A DNA stretch of 64,000 bases, taken from Chiloscyllium plagiosum. Lineage: Eukaryota. Below, piece after piece: positions 1 through 13,246 of the stretch. The stretch spans positions 37,456,999 through 37,520,998 of the forward strand of contig NC_057729.1 in the NCBI RefSeq assembly GCF_004010195.1, written 5' to 3'. The notes beneath the pieces are model-generated. The model did not search any database, had not been told where the DNA came from, and worked only from the letters and a program-made list of their open reading frames with translations. Within the stretch, counting starts at the first letter, position 1. Each line of letters opens with the position of its first letter. Made by a program: the position numbers and the translations under genes.

Positions 1-109
1 GGGTGCTGGCAGGTGGGACTAGATTGGGTTGGGATATCTGGTCAGCATGGACGGGTTGGACCGAAGGGTCTGTTTCCATGCTGTACATCTCTATGACTCT
101 ATGACTCTA
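1..109 (+). mobile_element. 3' end of CR1 (HER1-like) LINE
   Basis: Same 3' UTR as the CR1 at 41815-41917; ends in a (CTATGACT)n tail. Confidence 0.85.
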
Positions 110-189
110 AGAACTTCAACAAAAACTAAAGCATCTTATCAGCAGATCCAAATATTCCATACAGTCATCACAGGAATTTATGGACAGCA

Positions 190-480
190 TCAAGAACATA
201 AACACAGCATCCACGGACTCCATCAACAGGCACATTGACCTCAACCCAATATACTGGCCACTACAATGAACAACTGGAACCGGCAACTGGAAGCAGCCCA
301 AACAGAACCAAATAAATTCCAGAAGACACCATACAGCAGCACTTCACAGGAGGCTCCAATGAACTGATGGTTTCACCTAGACGGAGGACAAAATGTCTGC
401 AAATCAACTTCCCAACTCAGCAAACATACCCACAATCACGACAACCAACATCCAAGCTACAAATCTTTACATAAACCATG
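190..480 (+). mobile_element. Penelope-like element 3' remnant (Poseidon-type C-terminus, decayed hammerhead)
   Basis: Encodes STDSINRHIDLNPIY, which resembles the GIY-YIG C-terminus of PLEs. Followed by CTGATGG...CAAAATGTC (~364-397), a decayed hammerhead-like motif. Confidence 0.5.
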
Positions 481-626
481 AATAAGTGACCCAAAGATTC
501 GAGTGAAACAGGTGATCAACCTGCTCTGACCGAACCTCCTGTTTCTGACCTTGCTCACTATTTCACTGAGGTAAACACTCTTATTCCACTTTTCATGCAT
601 ACAGCCTTGACATTGTCTAGTCTTTG

Positions 627-933
627 TGGGCGGCACGGTGGCACAGTGCCTCGCAGTGCCAGAGACCCGGGTTCAATTCCCGCCTCAGGCGACTGACTGT
701 GTGGAGTTTGTACGTTCTCCCCGTGTCTGCGTGGGTTTCCTCCGGGTGCTCCGGTTTCCTCCCACACTCCAAAGATGTGCAGGTCAGGTGAATTGACCAT
801 GCTAAATTGCCCACAGTGTTAGGTAAGGGGTAAATGTAGGGGTATGGGTGGGTTGCGCTTCGGCGGGGCAGTGTGGACTTGTTGGGCCGAAGGGCCTGTT
901 TCCACACTGTAAATAATCTAATCTAATCTAATC
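627..933 (+). mobile_element. HE1-type tRNA-derived V-SINE
   Basis: tRNA-like head with B-box GGTTCAATTCC, V-domain (GTGTGGAGTTTG...CTCCGGTTTCCTCCCAC), CR1-like tail, (AATCT)n end. Confidence 0.88.
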
Positions 934-2712
934 TTTAGCAATTGAGAAGTTAACCAACAGCAAGTATCATAGGTGTGTCACATCAATTGACATTAGTTGA
1001 CTTTGCCTCATTCGAGCTGCTTGCTTTCTTTGGAAGGAGGGCTCTCTCTCAGTCTTAACAAACCTTGACCCCAGGCCAGCCTGCTCATGGTAGCTCATGT
1101 AAGCTATTTCTTGTAGGTTTTGTGTTGTCCAGTCAGCTGAATGACATTCACACACCCTTTGGTCAACTTATTTTGTTTTGCCAATAAATGCTAAACATCC
1201 AGTGACCTGCATCTGGTTTTGACAGGATTGCATCTAGACACACTGTGTCACCAGTTCAGTAGACTACCTCCTAACTATAGCAATTAATTTAAACATACAC
1301 ATCCCTTCAGAAAACAAGCCACCACCTGATCAACTGGCCTTGCAATAGGGCAACATTCATGTCTTTTCTTACTCATTTCAGCTGAGCCAGCCTACAGGAC
1401 TTTCACTGAAATGTGCTCATATGCTCATTACTCTTATTTTAGGATTTAACATGCCCCCTAAAATTCTGGAAGCTGGATTGAAAATAATCCAGACTAGTGG
1501 GGTGCAAGGTTTCCCAATGAGCACTGTATTTATAATGAATTTGGATGTTCTCAATCTAGTTGTTCATGTTGACAGGCTTACAACTCAGAAGGAAATGTCT
1601 GCCATTAACTGGGAATCTCACTCACAGAGACTGCACAACTGTTGTTGTGGGAAATGGAGACATGTCACACTGTCGATGTATGTTATAATATGGTTGACAA
1701 ATTTAAAGTCTGCAACTGTTGCACTATATCTGGCCTGTGACATACTGAGGCTATCACAAGGAGCTAGATTTTATTCCAATGCAACACTGAAAATACATGG
1801 CACTGTGGAAGAAAAATAATTAAGAAACCAAGCACTCTGGGTCATGTTACACTCAACCCTACCTAGGACCCTCCCCTCCCATTATCACAGGTGGTGTGGG
1901 GACGCTATCTGCTGCCCCGATACAGCGCTATCATTTGTAAACGATGACGAACAGCTGAGTTACTCCCCTTCACCTCATATTCCAGAGACAAATTGCTGAG
2001 TCCTAATATTTGCCTCCTCTTGTAAAATGCTGAACCTGATCTCGTGACCCGAGAATCAGTGAAACTGTTCAAAGTTCTCCAAAGCAAAAAGGAAAATCTA
2101 GCCTGAGGCATTTAAAATGCAAAGAATTCCAGTCACCAATACTACTGTCAACTTGATAATCATTAAAATCAAGAACAACTGCCAGGAACAATTTTAACCT
2201 TCAACTTTCTTAGAGAAATATCTGCTGGAGAACAATGGTAAATGGGTTGTTATAAATGGACTGCAACAATTTTGTGAGCTGCAGTTCACATATTCATGAT
2301 AATTCTAGTGAATCTTTATGTTCAGTGTGAGAAGATTGGTTAGCATACACTGTACCCTTTTTGCTTCTGTATGCTGATACAACAATGGATCAGTTAATTT
2401 TTTCAGCAATTGTCATGTCTACCAAAAGACTAATCAATTTTGGATAATCCTGTGGAAAATTATATTTTTTTCTCTGGGAGCATACGGTTTAAAACTTGAG
2501 TAAGTAATATCTTTATCAGGTAGTTTTAATAAATTATATGTACAAGTTGACAAAAGACAAATCATTTCTCAGGCGTGCAAAGAAGGTAATTATGAAGATA
2601 ATGCAGTCATTGATATAATCAAAAAATGAGGACAGCATTTTATGTAAATTTTTTCAAAACCATTTTCCACTTTTGCCATAAAACCTTTTTTCAGATCCAC
2701 AATGAATTGTTA

Positions 2713-3057
<345 letters not shown>

Positions 3058-3839
3058 TTAGGCAGGTACAAAGCATTATAATCTAGATTGTAAAGAAATG
3101 CAGTTAATTTTTCTCAAGGTGTGTTCTGCAGTTTAGATTGCGAATAATGTACTTGCAGTGATCAATGTATCACATTGTACCAGGCTGAACAGAGAGAGAA
3201 AAAAATAAATTGGAAGAGCAACCAACCTCTGGCCATACTGAAAGATACTGGCAATATTTGTTTACCTCCCTCACATTATGTACTTGATCTTTTGCACTTC
3301 ACCCATATCAAATATGCAACTTAAGAGTACAGTATATCATTCTCAGAAATCTACATTCTGCCATTTAAAAAGTAGCCAAGTTGTTTAATGTGCTATCTTC
3401 AATTGCTGCAACCTGAAAAGAACAATCTAATGGTGAGCAAAACTGTGAGTTTGCATGAGAGCTACACACACTTCAAGAATAGCACTGGTGACATTACAGA
3501 TGTAGCTCTCCACTTATTTAAATCTCTGAAATAGTATTCCCAAGTCATACATTTATAAGGAATAGTGAAAGCACACATTAAATAAATCAGGAGTAGCAGG
3601 AATCATTGTCAATTGCTTCACAAGACTCTGAAGTTTTCACAGGAAACATTTCTGTAATATTTTGCTGAGCAAGGTTATACAATAAGATAACTAACATGAA
3701 TAATGATATGGTAGTACAGAACAAAAACAATGCTAAAAGGAGACAAGAAATTAGAGCTTATGCAATTCAAAACAAAGTGGCAGATCTGATCCAAAATAAG
3801 CTGAGAGACAGAACCCAGACTCTGATGATTCTGAGACTG

Positions 3840-4815
3840 GACATCTGTTTGTAGAGGGGTTCCATAGGTCTGGTTCTGGGGCCCTTGTTGTTTGTAGTGC
3901 AGAGAAATGATTTGGATTTAAATGTACAGGGTATGATTAAGAAATTCACAAAAGACACAAGAATTTATAGGATCATAAATAGTGAGGACAATAGACATAA
4001 ACTGCCGAAGGAAATCAATGGACTGGTCAACAGGACAGAGCAGTAACAAATAGAATTTGGGAAAAGCAGGAGGTAATGCACTTGTGAGGATTAGCAAGGC
4101 AAGAGATTACATTATGAATGGTCAGCCCCAAGAAAGTACTGAAGATCATAGAGACCTTGGAGTGCATATTCATAAGTCCTTGAATGTAGCTGGGCAAGTA
4201 AATAAGGTGCTTCAGATGATATTTGAGATAGTTCCCTTTGTTAGTCCAGGCATTATACACAGGTGCAGGGAGGTTATGATGGTACTGTGTATAATGCTTG
4301 TTAGATCATTACATGATTACTGCTTGCGTTTCTGGTCACCACATTATAGAAAGGACATGATTGCACTCGAGAGGATGGAGAGGAGATTCACCAGGATGCT
4401 GTCTGGGCTGGAGCATTTGAACTGTGAGGAAAGATTGTAGATGGTGGGAATGTTTTCCTTGAAGTAACAAAGATTGGGAAAGAACTTAAAAGTGGTGCAG
4501 AACATTATAAGGAGTATAAATAAGGTGGATAAGGAAGTCACTTTTTCCCATTTTTAGAAGGATTAAGAGCCAAGGTTTAAAAGGTAGAAAGCTAAGAGGG
4601 GAGGTGAGGAAAATCTTTCAGCCAGAGGGTAGTGGAAGTCTGGAACTCAGTGCCTGAAAATGTGGTTAAGTCAAACATTCTCAAACATTTAACTAGTATG
4701 TCGATATTCACTTGCATTGCCACAGCCTCCAGGTTTATGGACCAAGTGTAGAAAATTAGGATTCATTTTATTGACTGACATGGACATTTTAGACCAAATG
4801 CCCTCCTCCTGTGCT
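3840..4815 (+). mobile_element. Decayed CR1 LINE ORF2 3' half
   Basis: ORF 4057-4440 contains RDLGVHIH...LVRSLHDYCLRFWSPHYRKDMIALERMERRFTRML, typical of the CR1 C-terminus. Confidence 0.85.
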
Positions 4816-5187
4816 GGAACAGTCCCTGAGTCTACACATCAAAGCTTTTTATCTGGCATTCATCAGGACTAGGATGCAAGAAACAGACTTGAGGAATGAA
4901 ATACAAATTTGTATAACATGAGAAGAGTGGCTGGCTGGTTGGACTTTTATGACACGGAAAGGCAGTAGGAACAGTTAACTATCAATATTAGTCCTCACTA
5001 TCGACAGATAGACGATAATTAGAAAAGGAGATGCAGTAGGAATGCAGCAGAGATTGCCAGTCTTGTGGCCCCTTTCCCAATTTAACTGCTTGCCAAAGTC
5101 CATACCATCTGTAAAAGACCATCGTGCACTCAAAAAACTACTATCTGCCTGGAGCTGTACTGCATGGTTCCTGACACTTGACCTGAA

Positions 5188-5490
5188 TATGGCAGACATG
5201 GAGAAATTGACAGTTGCTTTGGTGGCAGAGATCTGAGGAGGCTATGCTAGAAGGGGTGATGCAGAGGAGAGCCGTCCTTTTCCCTGAGGATAGTAGCCAT
5301 GATGTGGAGGTGCCGACGTTGGACTGGGATGGACAAAGTTAAAAAGCTGAGGATGGACAGTGCAGTCCACAACACCAGACCATGCCAGTCTTGTCTGAGA
5401 TTTCCACCTGGGTCAGTGTAGATTCAGGTGTTCAGATGCATGTACAACAATGCAAGGAGAAGAGCAATGACATTCTCAACTCTGCCAATG
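5188..5490 (+). pseudogene. Myb/SANT-like DNA-binding ORF relic (Harbinger/PIF ORF1-type), interrupted by a 55-bp insertion
   Basis: Reconstruction with frameshifts: FGGRDLEAMLEGVMQRRAVLFPED-GQCSPQHQTMPVLSEISTWVSVDSGVQMHVQQCKEKSNDIL. Insertion 5292-5346 is flanked by CTGAGGAT direct repeats. Confidence 0.55.
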
Positions 5491-5587
5491 TTCAGTGTCA
5501 TTACCCTCTCTTGGAGAACTCACATTCAGCCTACCTCTGACAATGTATCCTCCTCCCTCCGAGCTCACAGTGTACCAGTCTCACTAC

Positions 5588-6188
5588 TGTCAGAAAGCTG
5601 GTTCCTTTTTTCTAAAAGCTTTTCCTTTTCTCAAGGATACTGTGTCCTTGGTTCTTTTCAGAGGGATCATGAATGCTCCCGGTGTCAATTAGACTGGTTT
5701 CGTACAGAGATTAAACAGATGAGACTTCGGGCCAACGTGGTCATGTTTTAGAAGTGACCTGTATAATACAAAGGGAACGGTTGCTCTCTAGCTGAGCAGT
5801 TCAGTCCAGAACTAGTTGGGAGTTAAAAAGTGAGCTGTATGGAAACTCTCTCTCTTCTTTTATCCTTCTAACTTCAACCTGTAAGCATTTGTTCAATTTA
5901 TACTGTTTTTTAAGGGAGTTTGCTTATTGGGACTGTTGTATATATTCTCAACAGCATAATTAAGTCAATTATGGATAGGCTGGGTTCTGTACGGGTTCTT
6001 TATTCTGTGCCTTGTGTTTCATTGTGCAATTTTGTGAATAAATTTCTGTCTCTTTTAAAATCTAGTTATCAACCTAGCGAAATTACTCCAGGTAATTTTC
6101 ACTGTACACTTCCTGAAACAAATTGCAAAGTTATGGTCTGGGCTGCCTGATCAAAAATGTTTTGAGTGGTCTGGCCTAGTCCATAACA
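5588..6188 (+). repeat. 5' LTR
   Basis: Starts TGTCAGAAAGCTGG, ends GGCCTAGTCCATAACA; diverged direct repeat of 12636-13246. Confidence 0.93.
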
Positions 6189-6191
6189 GAT

Positions 6192-6210
6192 TGGGGGGCT
6201 CTTTGTGGGA
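6192..6210 (+). promoter_or_regulatory. Primer-binding site (tRNA-Pro-like)
   Basis: TGGGGGCTC...GGGAT just downstream of the 5' LTR; the canonical tRNA-Pro PBS is TGGGGGCTCGTCCGGGAT. Confidence 0.75.
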
Positions 6211-6288
6211 TTTTAAGCAGCGAGCGGTAGGTGCTATTGTCTTTATTTCGGGTGTTGGTTTGGTTGCGTGGACAAAGCTTGGGAAAGG

Positions 6289-7420
6289 AATGGCTCTTTC
6301 AGTCGCCAAAAGTTTTCTGGAAGTGGTTGTGGTGACTTTGGAAGTTTTGCAAGAAGTGAATAAGACCAAGCTGCAAGATTGAATCTGCCTGCTTCTGTGA
6401 GAAAAGGAGATATAATTACAGCAGTAGCTCAGCATTTAAACTGGCTGGAGAAACCATCAGAATCTATAGAGATAGCAAGAATTTGATTGCAAATGAAGCA
6501 GCTTGAGTTAGAGGTGAGAAATAAGAAAAGGGCAGCAGAAATGAAACAGTTTGAGTTCCAACTAAAAGCGGGAGAGGGAAAAAGAGAAAGCTTTTGAACT
6601 TCAAAAACTGACACTTAAAAAGGAAAGTCAGCTTAAAAGGCTGGAGATAATGGCTGAGGGTAACCTTTGTGAGGACGGGAGTGAGGAGGAGCAAGCCCCT
6701 GGTAGTCAGAACTCTCGTGGGAAACTGTTTAAGTATGTTCAAGCATTGCCTAAATTTGATGAGAAGGACGTGAAAGTCTTTTTCATCTCATTTGAAAAGG
6801 TGGCTAAACAAATGCATCAGCCAGTGGCAATGTGGGTTTTGTTGATCCAAATGAAACTTGGAGGTAGGGCTAGTGAGGTATTCACATCCCTATCAGAGGA
6901 GGTGAAAAAAAGCCATTTTAAGTGCATATGAGTTTGTACCAGAAGCCAATAGACAATGTTTTAGGAATCCAAGGAAGGACCCAGGTCAAACCTACACTGA
7001 GTTTGAAAGGATCAAACAGAGTCATTTTAATAGATGGATAAGAGCTTTAAAAATCAAGCAAACCTATGATGCCCTTAGAGAGGTCATTACTTTGGAGAAA
7101 TTCAAAAATTCACCACCTGAAGTCGTGTGAACTCATGTGGAAGAGCAGAGAGCTAAAACATCAAGGTTAGCAGCTGAAGTGGCTGATGATTATAAAACAC
7201 GGTTTGGCTTCCAGAATCAATTTCAGTCCATGAGGAATAGAAACTGGGGCAAAGAGAAATTGTCATGTGGAAAGGGAAAGGTGGATCTCAGTGAAGATCA
7301 TAAGGATAATTTACCACAGGGTAAATTGAGGGGGACAAAGAACTTAAAATGCTCTGGTGTTTTCATTGTAATAAAGTGGGCCACACAAAATCACAGTGTT
7401 GGTGGGCTAGGAGAAAGCCA
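6289..7420 (+). pseudogene. gag (capsid and CCHC zinc knuckle), frameshifted
   Basis: LPKFDEKDVKVFFISFEKVA...W; YEFVPEANRQCF; CFHCNKVGHTKSQC knuckle. Confidence 0.85.
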
Positions 7421-7589
7421 GATGTAGGAAATCTGGACAAGCCTGGGAGTTTTGTTGGAGTAGTAACAAAGAGCACAAGGGAAGTTAGACAACTGCCTCG
7501 GAGTGTACAAAATGATCAGAGGTTGATTAAGGAGGAAGTGCCAGATCTGCTTAAAAAATATACATGTACGTAGGCCAGGAGCAGTGGGT

Positions 7590-7870
7590 AAGGAAGTTAC
7601 AATATTAAGGGACACAGGATCCTCTCAGTGATGCTGAAGGATGAGGAGATATGTACTCCTGAAAGACCATTGCCAGAAAAGGTACTGGTAAGAGGAATCT
7701 ATGGTGAGACAAAAAGTGCTCAATTATGTAAAGTGGGGTTAAAGAGTCCAGAGAAGGGTGGAGAATTTATGGTAGGTGTACTGGACAAAATCTCAGCTCC
7801 AGGCATACAATTTGTCCTTCCAAATGATATAGCTGATTTACTGGTAGGAAATCTGCTTGCTCTAGTTGAA
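7590..7870 (+). pseudogene. Aspartic protease relic
   Basis: ILRDTGSSQ motif at ~7602-7628. Confidence 0.8.
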
Positions 7871-8370
7871 AAGCCAGTGGAGACGCAGGCAACTGAAGCA
7901 ATGAAGGATCCTTATTCAGGAATTTTCCCTGATTGTGGGGTCACAAGATCGCAGAGGCACAAGTGCGAAGCAACAGACATCAAAAGGCACTGAAAAGGGT
8001 GGTGATGTAGCTTTATCAGAAGTGTATTTGATCAGATAAGTGGGACAGAGCAGGAGCAATTAGGTAAACATGCAAGTATCTTTAGCTCTGCTGAGCTGAT
8101 TGGGTTACAGCAGAAAGCAGACAGTGAATACATCCCTGTGTATTATTACTTAACAAATAATGTCTTAATGAGGAAATGGAGACCATTGCACATTCAAGCA
8201 GATGAGAAATGGGCAGAGATTCATCAAATTGTTTTTTCCAGGATATATGAAGGACGTGCCGTGAGTGGTGCATGAGCAAAAATATGGAGGTAATTTAGGG
8301 GTGAGGAAAACACAGGCTAAAATACAAAGACATTTTTACTGGAGTACACAAGGATATAGTTGCATTTTTG

Positions 8371-10262
8371 GTGAAGGTGAGGACTACAGATGCTGGAGAT
8401 CAGAGTCAAGATTAGAGTGGTGCTGGAAAAGCACAGCGGGTCCGGCAGCATCCGAGGAGCAGGAAAATTGACGTTTCGGGCAGGAGCCCTTCATCAGGAA
8501 TGAGGCTGGGATGGAGAGATAAATGGGAGGGGAATGGGGCTGGGGAGAATATAGATAAGAGCGCAATAGGTGGATGGAGGTGTGGATAAAGGTGATAGGT
8601 CAGAGAGGAGGGTGGAGCAGATAGGTGTGAAGGAAGATTGGCAGGTAGGACAGGGCATGAGGATGGTGCTGAGCTGGAAGCTTGGAACTGGGGTAAGGTG
8701 GGGAAAGGGGAAATGAGGAAACTGGTGAAGTCCACATTGATGCCTTGGGGTTGAAGTGCTCCAAGGCAGAAGATGAGGCATTCTTTCTCCAGGCATTGAG
8801 TGGTGAGGGAGGAAGTGGCAAGTGGGAGGGGGAGTTGAAATGTTCAGCCACAGGGCAGTGGGGCTGATTGATGCGGGTGTCGCAGAGATGTTCCCTAAAG
8901 CACTCTGCAAGAAATCGTCCAGTCTCCCCAACATAAAGGAGACTGCATTGGGAGCAATGGATACAATAAATGACATTGGTGGATGTACAGGTGAAACTTT
9001 GTTGGGTGTGGAAGGCTCCTTTGGGGCCTTGGATGGAGGTGAGGGAGGAGGTGTGGTCACAAGTTTTGCAATTCCTGTGGTGGCAAGGGAAGATGCCAAG
9101 AGGGGCAGGTGTGTTGTTGGGAGGCATGGACCTGACAAGGTAGTCACGGAGGGAATGGTCTTTGCAGAATGCAAATAGGGGTGGGAGGGAAATATATCCC
9201 TGGTGGTGGGGTCCATTTGTAGGTGGCGGAAATGTCGTTGGATGATGTGGTTTATATGGAGGTTGGTGGGGTGAAAGGTGAGGACCAGGTGGTTCTGTCC
9301 TTATTGCGTTTGGAGGGGTGGAGTTTGAGGGCAGAGGTGCGGGACGTGGATGAGATGTGTTGGAAGGCATCTTTAACCATGTGGGAGGGAAAATTATGGT
9401 CTTTAATTTCCATAAAGAAGGAGACCATCTGGAGTGTTCTGTGGTGGAACTGGTCCTCCTGGAAGCAGATATGGCGAAGGCAGAGGAATTGGGAATATGG
9501 CGTAGCATTTTTGCAGGAGTAGGGTGGGAAAAGTTATGATTCAGGAAGTTATGGGAGTTGATGGGTTTGTAAAAAATGTCAGTGGTGAGTCGGTCGTCGT
9601 TGATGGAGATGGAGAGGTCCAGGAAGGGGAGGGAGGTGTCAAAGCTGGTCCAGGTGAATTTAAGGTTGGAGTGGAATGTGTTGTTGAAGTTGATGAACTG
9701 CTCAACGTCCTAGAGGGAGTATGAGGTGGCGCCGATGCAGCCATCAATGTAGCGGAGGAAGATGTGGGGAGTGGTACCAGTGTAACTACGGGACGTGGAC
9801 TGTTCTACGTAGCCAACAAAGAGACAGGCAAAGCTGGGGCCCATGCGGGTGCCCAGGGCTCCCCCTTTCGTCTGGAGGAAGTGGGAGGATTTGATGGAGA
9901 AATTGTTAAGGGTGAGGACCAGTTCAGCCAAATGCATGAGAGTGTCAGTGGAAGGGTACTATTGGGAGTGTTGGGAGAAGAAGAAACGGAGGGCTTGGAG
10001 GCCCTGGTCATGGTGGATGGAGATGTAGAGGGGTTGGATGCCTATGGTGAAGATGAGGCATTGGGGACTGGGGAAACAGAAGTCTTGGAGGAGGTAGAGA
10101 GCATGGGTGGTGTCTCGAACATATGCGGGGAGTTCCTGGACTAGGGGGGAATAGGACAGTATTGAGGTAGGTGGAGATGAGTTTGGTGGGGCAGGAGCAG
10201 GCTGAGACAATGGGTTGGCCGGGGTGGTCAGGTTTGTGGATCTTGGGAAGGAGCAGAGGGAG
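8371..10262 (-). mobile_element. Penelope-like element (Neptune-type), 5'-truncated, nested in the Gypsy integrase
   Basis: RT motifs GxAxGTRMGPSFACLF and FLRYIDG; Cys-rich linker CHHRNCKTC; GIY-YIG NVIYCIHCSQCSLLYVGETGR; 3' terminal repeat with a hammerhead core. A single N at 10266 marks an uncertain junction. Confidence 0.92.
8470..8497 (-). ncRNA. Minimal hammerhead ribozyme core of the PLE terminal repeat
   Basis: Minus strand reads CTGATGA-A-GGGC-TCCT-GCCC-GAAAC-GTC, the PLE-type minimal HHR with a palindromic ACGT stem III. Confidence 0.75.
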
Positions 10263-11239
10263 TGGNTTTTCAAGGCAATCTCATGACACAACATCACAGC
10301 TAAAAGGGTTGTGGAAGAGTTGCTTAAACCTTTATTTGATACAGACTGCCAGTAGAGATCCAACCAGATCAAGGATCAAATTTCACATCCCAAATTATTC
10401 AAGGAGGTTCTGGATAACTTAGGAATAAAGCAATTTAAATCTACTGCATACCATCCGGAATCGCAGGGAGTACTAGAGAGATGGCAACAAACACTAAAGA
10501 CCTTGAAAGCTTATGGTCAGGATTATCCAGATGATTGGGATAAGGGAGTTCCGTTTTTTGCGATCAGAGATGCACCAAATGAATCAAACAAATTCAGTCC
10601 ATTTGAATTAATTTTTGGGCATGAAATAAGACGACCGTTAAAATTGATTAAGGAGAAATTAATAAGTCAGAATTCAGAGACCACCCATTTGGACTATGTG
10701 TCAATTTTTAGAGAATGACTAAATAGAGCTGGAGAGTTGGTTGGACAGCTTTTAAAAGTATCACAACATGCAGTGAAACAGGAAATGGATATGAAATCAC
10801 AAGTTTGTAATATTGCAATTGGGGATAAGGTATTGGTGTTACTTCCAGTAACATGTGTGCCTTTAAAAGCAAGGTTTAGTGGACCGTATCAAATCGAGAG
10901 GAAATTGAGTGAGTGGACTATTTGATAAGGACTCCATACAGGAAGAAATCTCACAGAGTGTGTCATGTGAATATGCTCAAAAAGTATTTTGTTAGGGAAG
11001 GAAAGCCAAGAGGAGAAGGTGTTAATGATTACAGCACAGAAGGAAGAACTAAGTTCAGAGGATTCTGAATTGGACATTCCTCAAATCAAATTGGACAATG
11101 AGGAAGTTGTCAAAAATTGTGATAAATTATTGAGTTAACTTGCTCAAGAAAATCGAAATGACCCGAACGAGTTATTATTATCACATGAGGAGATAAACTG
11201 GGAAGTACAAACCTAATTGTGCATGATGTACAGATAGAA

Positions 11240-12491
11240 GATGCTGTTCCAATTAAACAGCATCCTTAAAGGCATAACCCTCTAAAGCTGGCACAGATTC
11301 AGAAGGAGATAGAGCGCATGCTCCAAGATGGCATAATTGAAGTGAGTTACAGTGACTGGAACTCACCCATAGTCATGGTGCCAAAGCCAGATGATACCCA
11401 ACGGTTATGTGTGGACTATCGCAAAGTCAGAACTGTTACAAAAACAGATGCAAAACCAATTCCACAGCTGGAGAATTGTGTCAAAAACGTGGGACAAGCA
11501 ACTTACATTTCGAAGTTGGACTTGCTCAGAGGCTACTGGCAAGTACCTCTGTCAGAGAAAGCAAAGGCAATTTTGGCTTTCCTAACGCCAAATGGACTAT
11601 ATCAGTTCAAAGTCATGCCATTTGATATGAAAAACGCTCCAGCCACATTTCAGAGACTGACTAATAAAGTCATTGCCGGATTCCCCAACTGTGTGATGTA
11701 CATTGATGACCTGGTGAATTTTAGTCAGTCATGGAAGGAACATTTACAGCATTTATCAGACATTTTCAATTGACTTCAGACGGCAGGCTTGGTGGTAAAC
11801 CTAGCTAAAAGTGAATTTGCCAAAGCCCAAGTCGCCTTTCTGGGCCATGTATTGGACATGGACAAATGGCCTCACGGGATGCAAAAACAAAATTAATTGA
11901 GGAATTTCCCACACTGTCAATGAAAAAAAAAAGTACTACGGTTCCTGGGATTGAGGGGATTTTTCCAAAGTTTGTGCTGAACTTTAGCAGTGTGGCTGCT
12001 CCACTCACCGAATTATTCAAAAAAGGCAAGAAGTTTCAGTGGACAGCTGACTGCCAAAAGGCATTTGACAGCCTAAAAACTGTGTTAACCTCTGCCCAGT
12101 ATTAGTCACACCTGTTTACACAAAGCCTTTCAAGGTGGCTATCAATGCCAGTGATGTGGGTGTCGATGCGATGCTCCTGCAGGAGGATGACGAGGGAATA
12201 GAAAGACCCACCGGGTATTTTTCCAGGAAGTTGAACATTGAGCAACAGAAATATTCAACGGTGGAGAAAGAGACTTTAAGCTTGGTGTTGGCATTACAAC
12301 ATTTCCATGTTTATATTACCAGCAATGCATCTGAGCAACACATTGTAGACACTGATCATAACCTATTGATATTTCTGGAAAAGTTTAAGGACAAAAATGC
12401 CAGACTGTTTAGATGGAGCTTACTTTTGCAGCCATTCAACTTGACAATTGTGCATGTGGCCGGTCGTGAAAATGTGATTGCCGATGCTTAA
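11240..12491 (+). pseudogene. Reverse transcriptase + RNase H relic
   Basis: WNSPIVMVPKPD, LCVDYRK, SKLDLLRGYWQ, MPFDMKNAPATFQR, YIDD; RNase H NASDVG...YSTVEKE...TDH. Confidence 0.92.
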
Positions 12492-12624
12492 TCAAGACTC
12501 ATATGAGATATGGAGGCATTCGGTGGTGGGTATGCCAGAGTCTGAATTTGCATGTAGTTGTTCAAGTAGTTAGTACAGTGTATATGTGTGTTTAGCCATC
12601 TTTTGGTATTGATGGGTTTTTTTT

Positions 12625-12635
12625 AAGGGGAGTGG
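12625..12635 (+). promoter_or_regulatory. Polypurine tract
   Basis: AAGGGGAGTGG immediately 5' of the 3' LTR. Confidence 0.75.
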
Positions 12636-13246
12636 TGTCAGAAAGCTGGTCCATTTTTTCTAAAGGCTGTGCCTTTTCTCAAGGAAACTGTGTCCTTGGT
12701 TTTTTCCAGAGGGGTCGTAAACGCTCCCAGCGCTGATTAGATTGGTTTGATTCTGATATTAAAGGGTATCGAAAGACCTTTTTATTTATATATAAACAGA
12801 TGAGAATTCAGGCCAAAGCAGTCATGTTTTAGAAGTGACTTGTATAATGAAAGAGGAGTGGTCAGCTGTCTAGCTGAGCAGTTCAGTCCAGAACTAATTG
12901 GGAGTTCAACAGTGAACTGTGTGGAAACTCTCTGTCTCCTTCTGCCCTTCTAACTTCAACCTGCAAGCCTGTGTTCCATTTCTACTGGTTTTTAAGGGGG
13001 TTTGCTTATTGGGACTGTTGTGTATATTCAGAACAGCGTAATTAAGTCTGGTGTGGATAGACTGAGTTCTGCAGGAGTTCTTTATTCTGTGCTTTGTGAA
13101 TAAATTTCTGCCTGTTTTAAAACCTAGTAGTCAACCTAGCTAGCTTACTCAGAGTCATTTTTACTGTCCATTGAAACAAATTGTAAAGTTGTGGTCTGGG
13201 TTGCCTGCTCAAGAACGTTTTGAGTGATCTGGCCTAGTCCATAACA
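12636..13246 (+). repeat. 3' LTR
   Basis: TGTCAGAAAGCTGG...CCATAACA followed by TSD CTAC. Confidence 0.93.

Larger units (their letters stand above)
8200..10990 (+). pseudogene. Integrase relic, split by the Penelope insertion
   Basis: Left part VHEQKYGGNLGVRKTQAKIQRHFYW. Right part LPVEIQPDQGSNF, STAYHPESQGVLERWQQTLK, FSPFELIFGHEIR, RFSGPY. Confidence 0.85.
5588..13246 (+). mobile_element. Gypsy LTR retrotransposon, Gmr1-like (PR-INT-RT-RH), decayed, both LTRs present
   Basis: TG...CA LTRs at 5588-6188 and 12636-13246; 4-bp TSD CTAC (5584-5587, 13247-13250); PBS, PPT and gag/pol motifs present. Confidence 0.95.

Noticed and set aside
558-907. SINE-derived ORFs (also at 17980, 22387, 39057, 43731, 58050)
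   Set aside because: Chance frames through HE1 SINEs; the same pseudo-peptides recur in each copy.
4835-4870. Further hammerhead (minus strand CTGATGAATGCCAGATAAAAAGCTT)
   Set aside because: Too degenerate (no GAAA or stem II) to call, though probably a PLE remnant.
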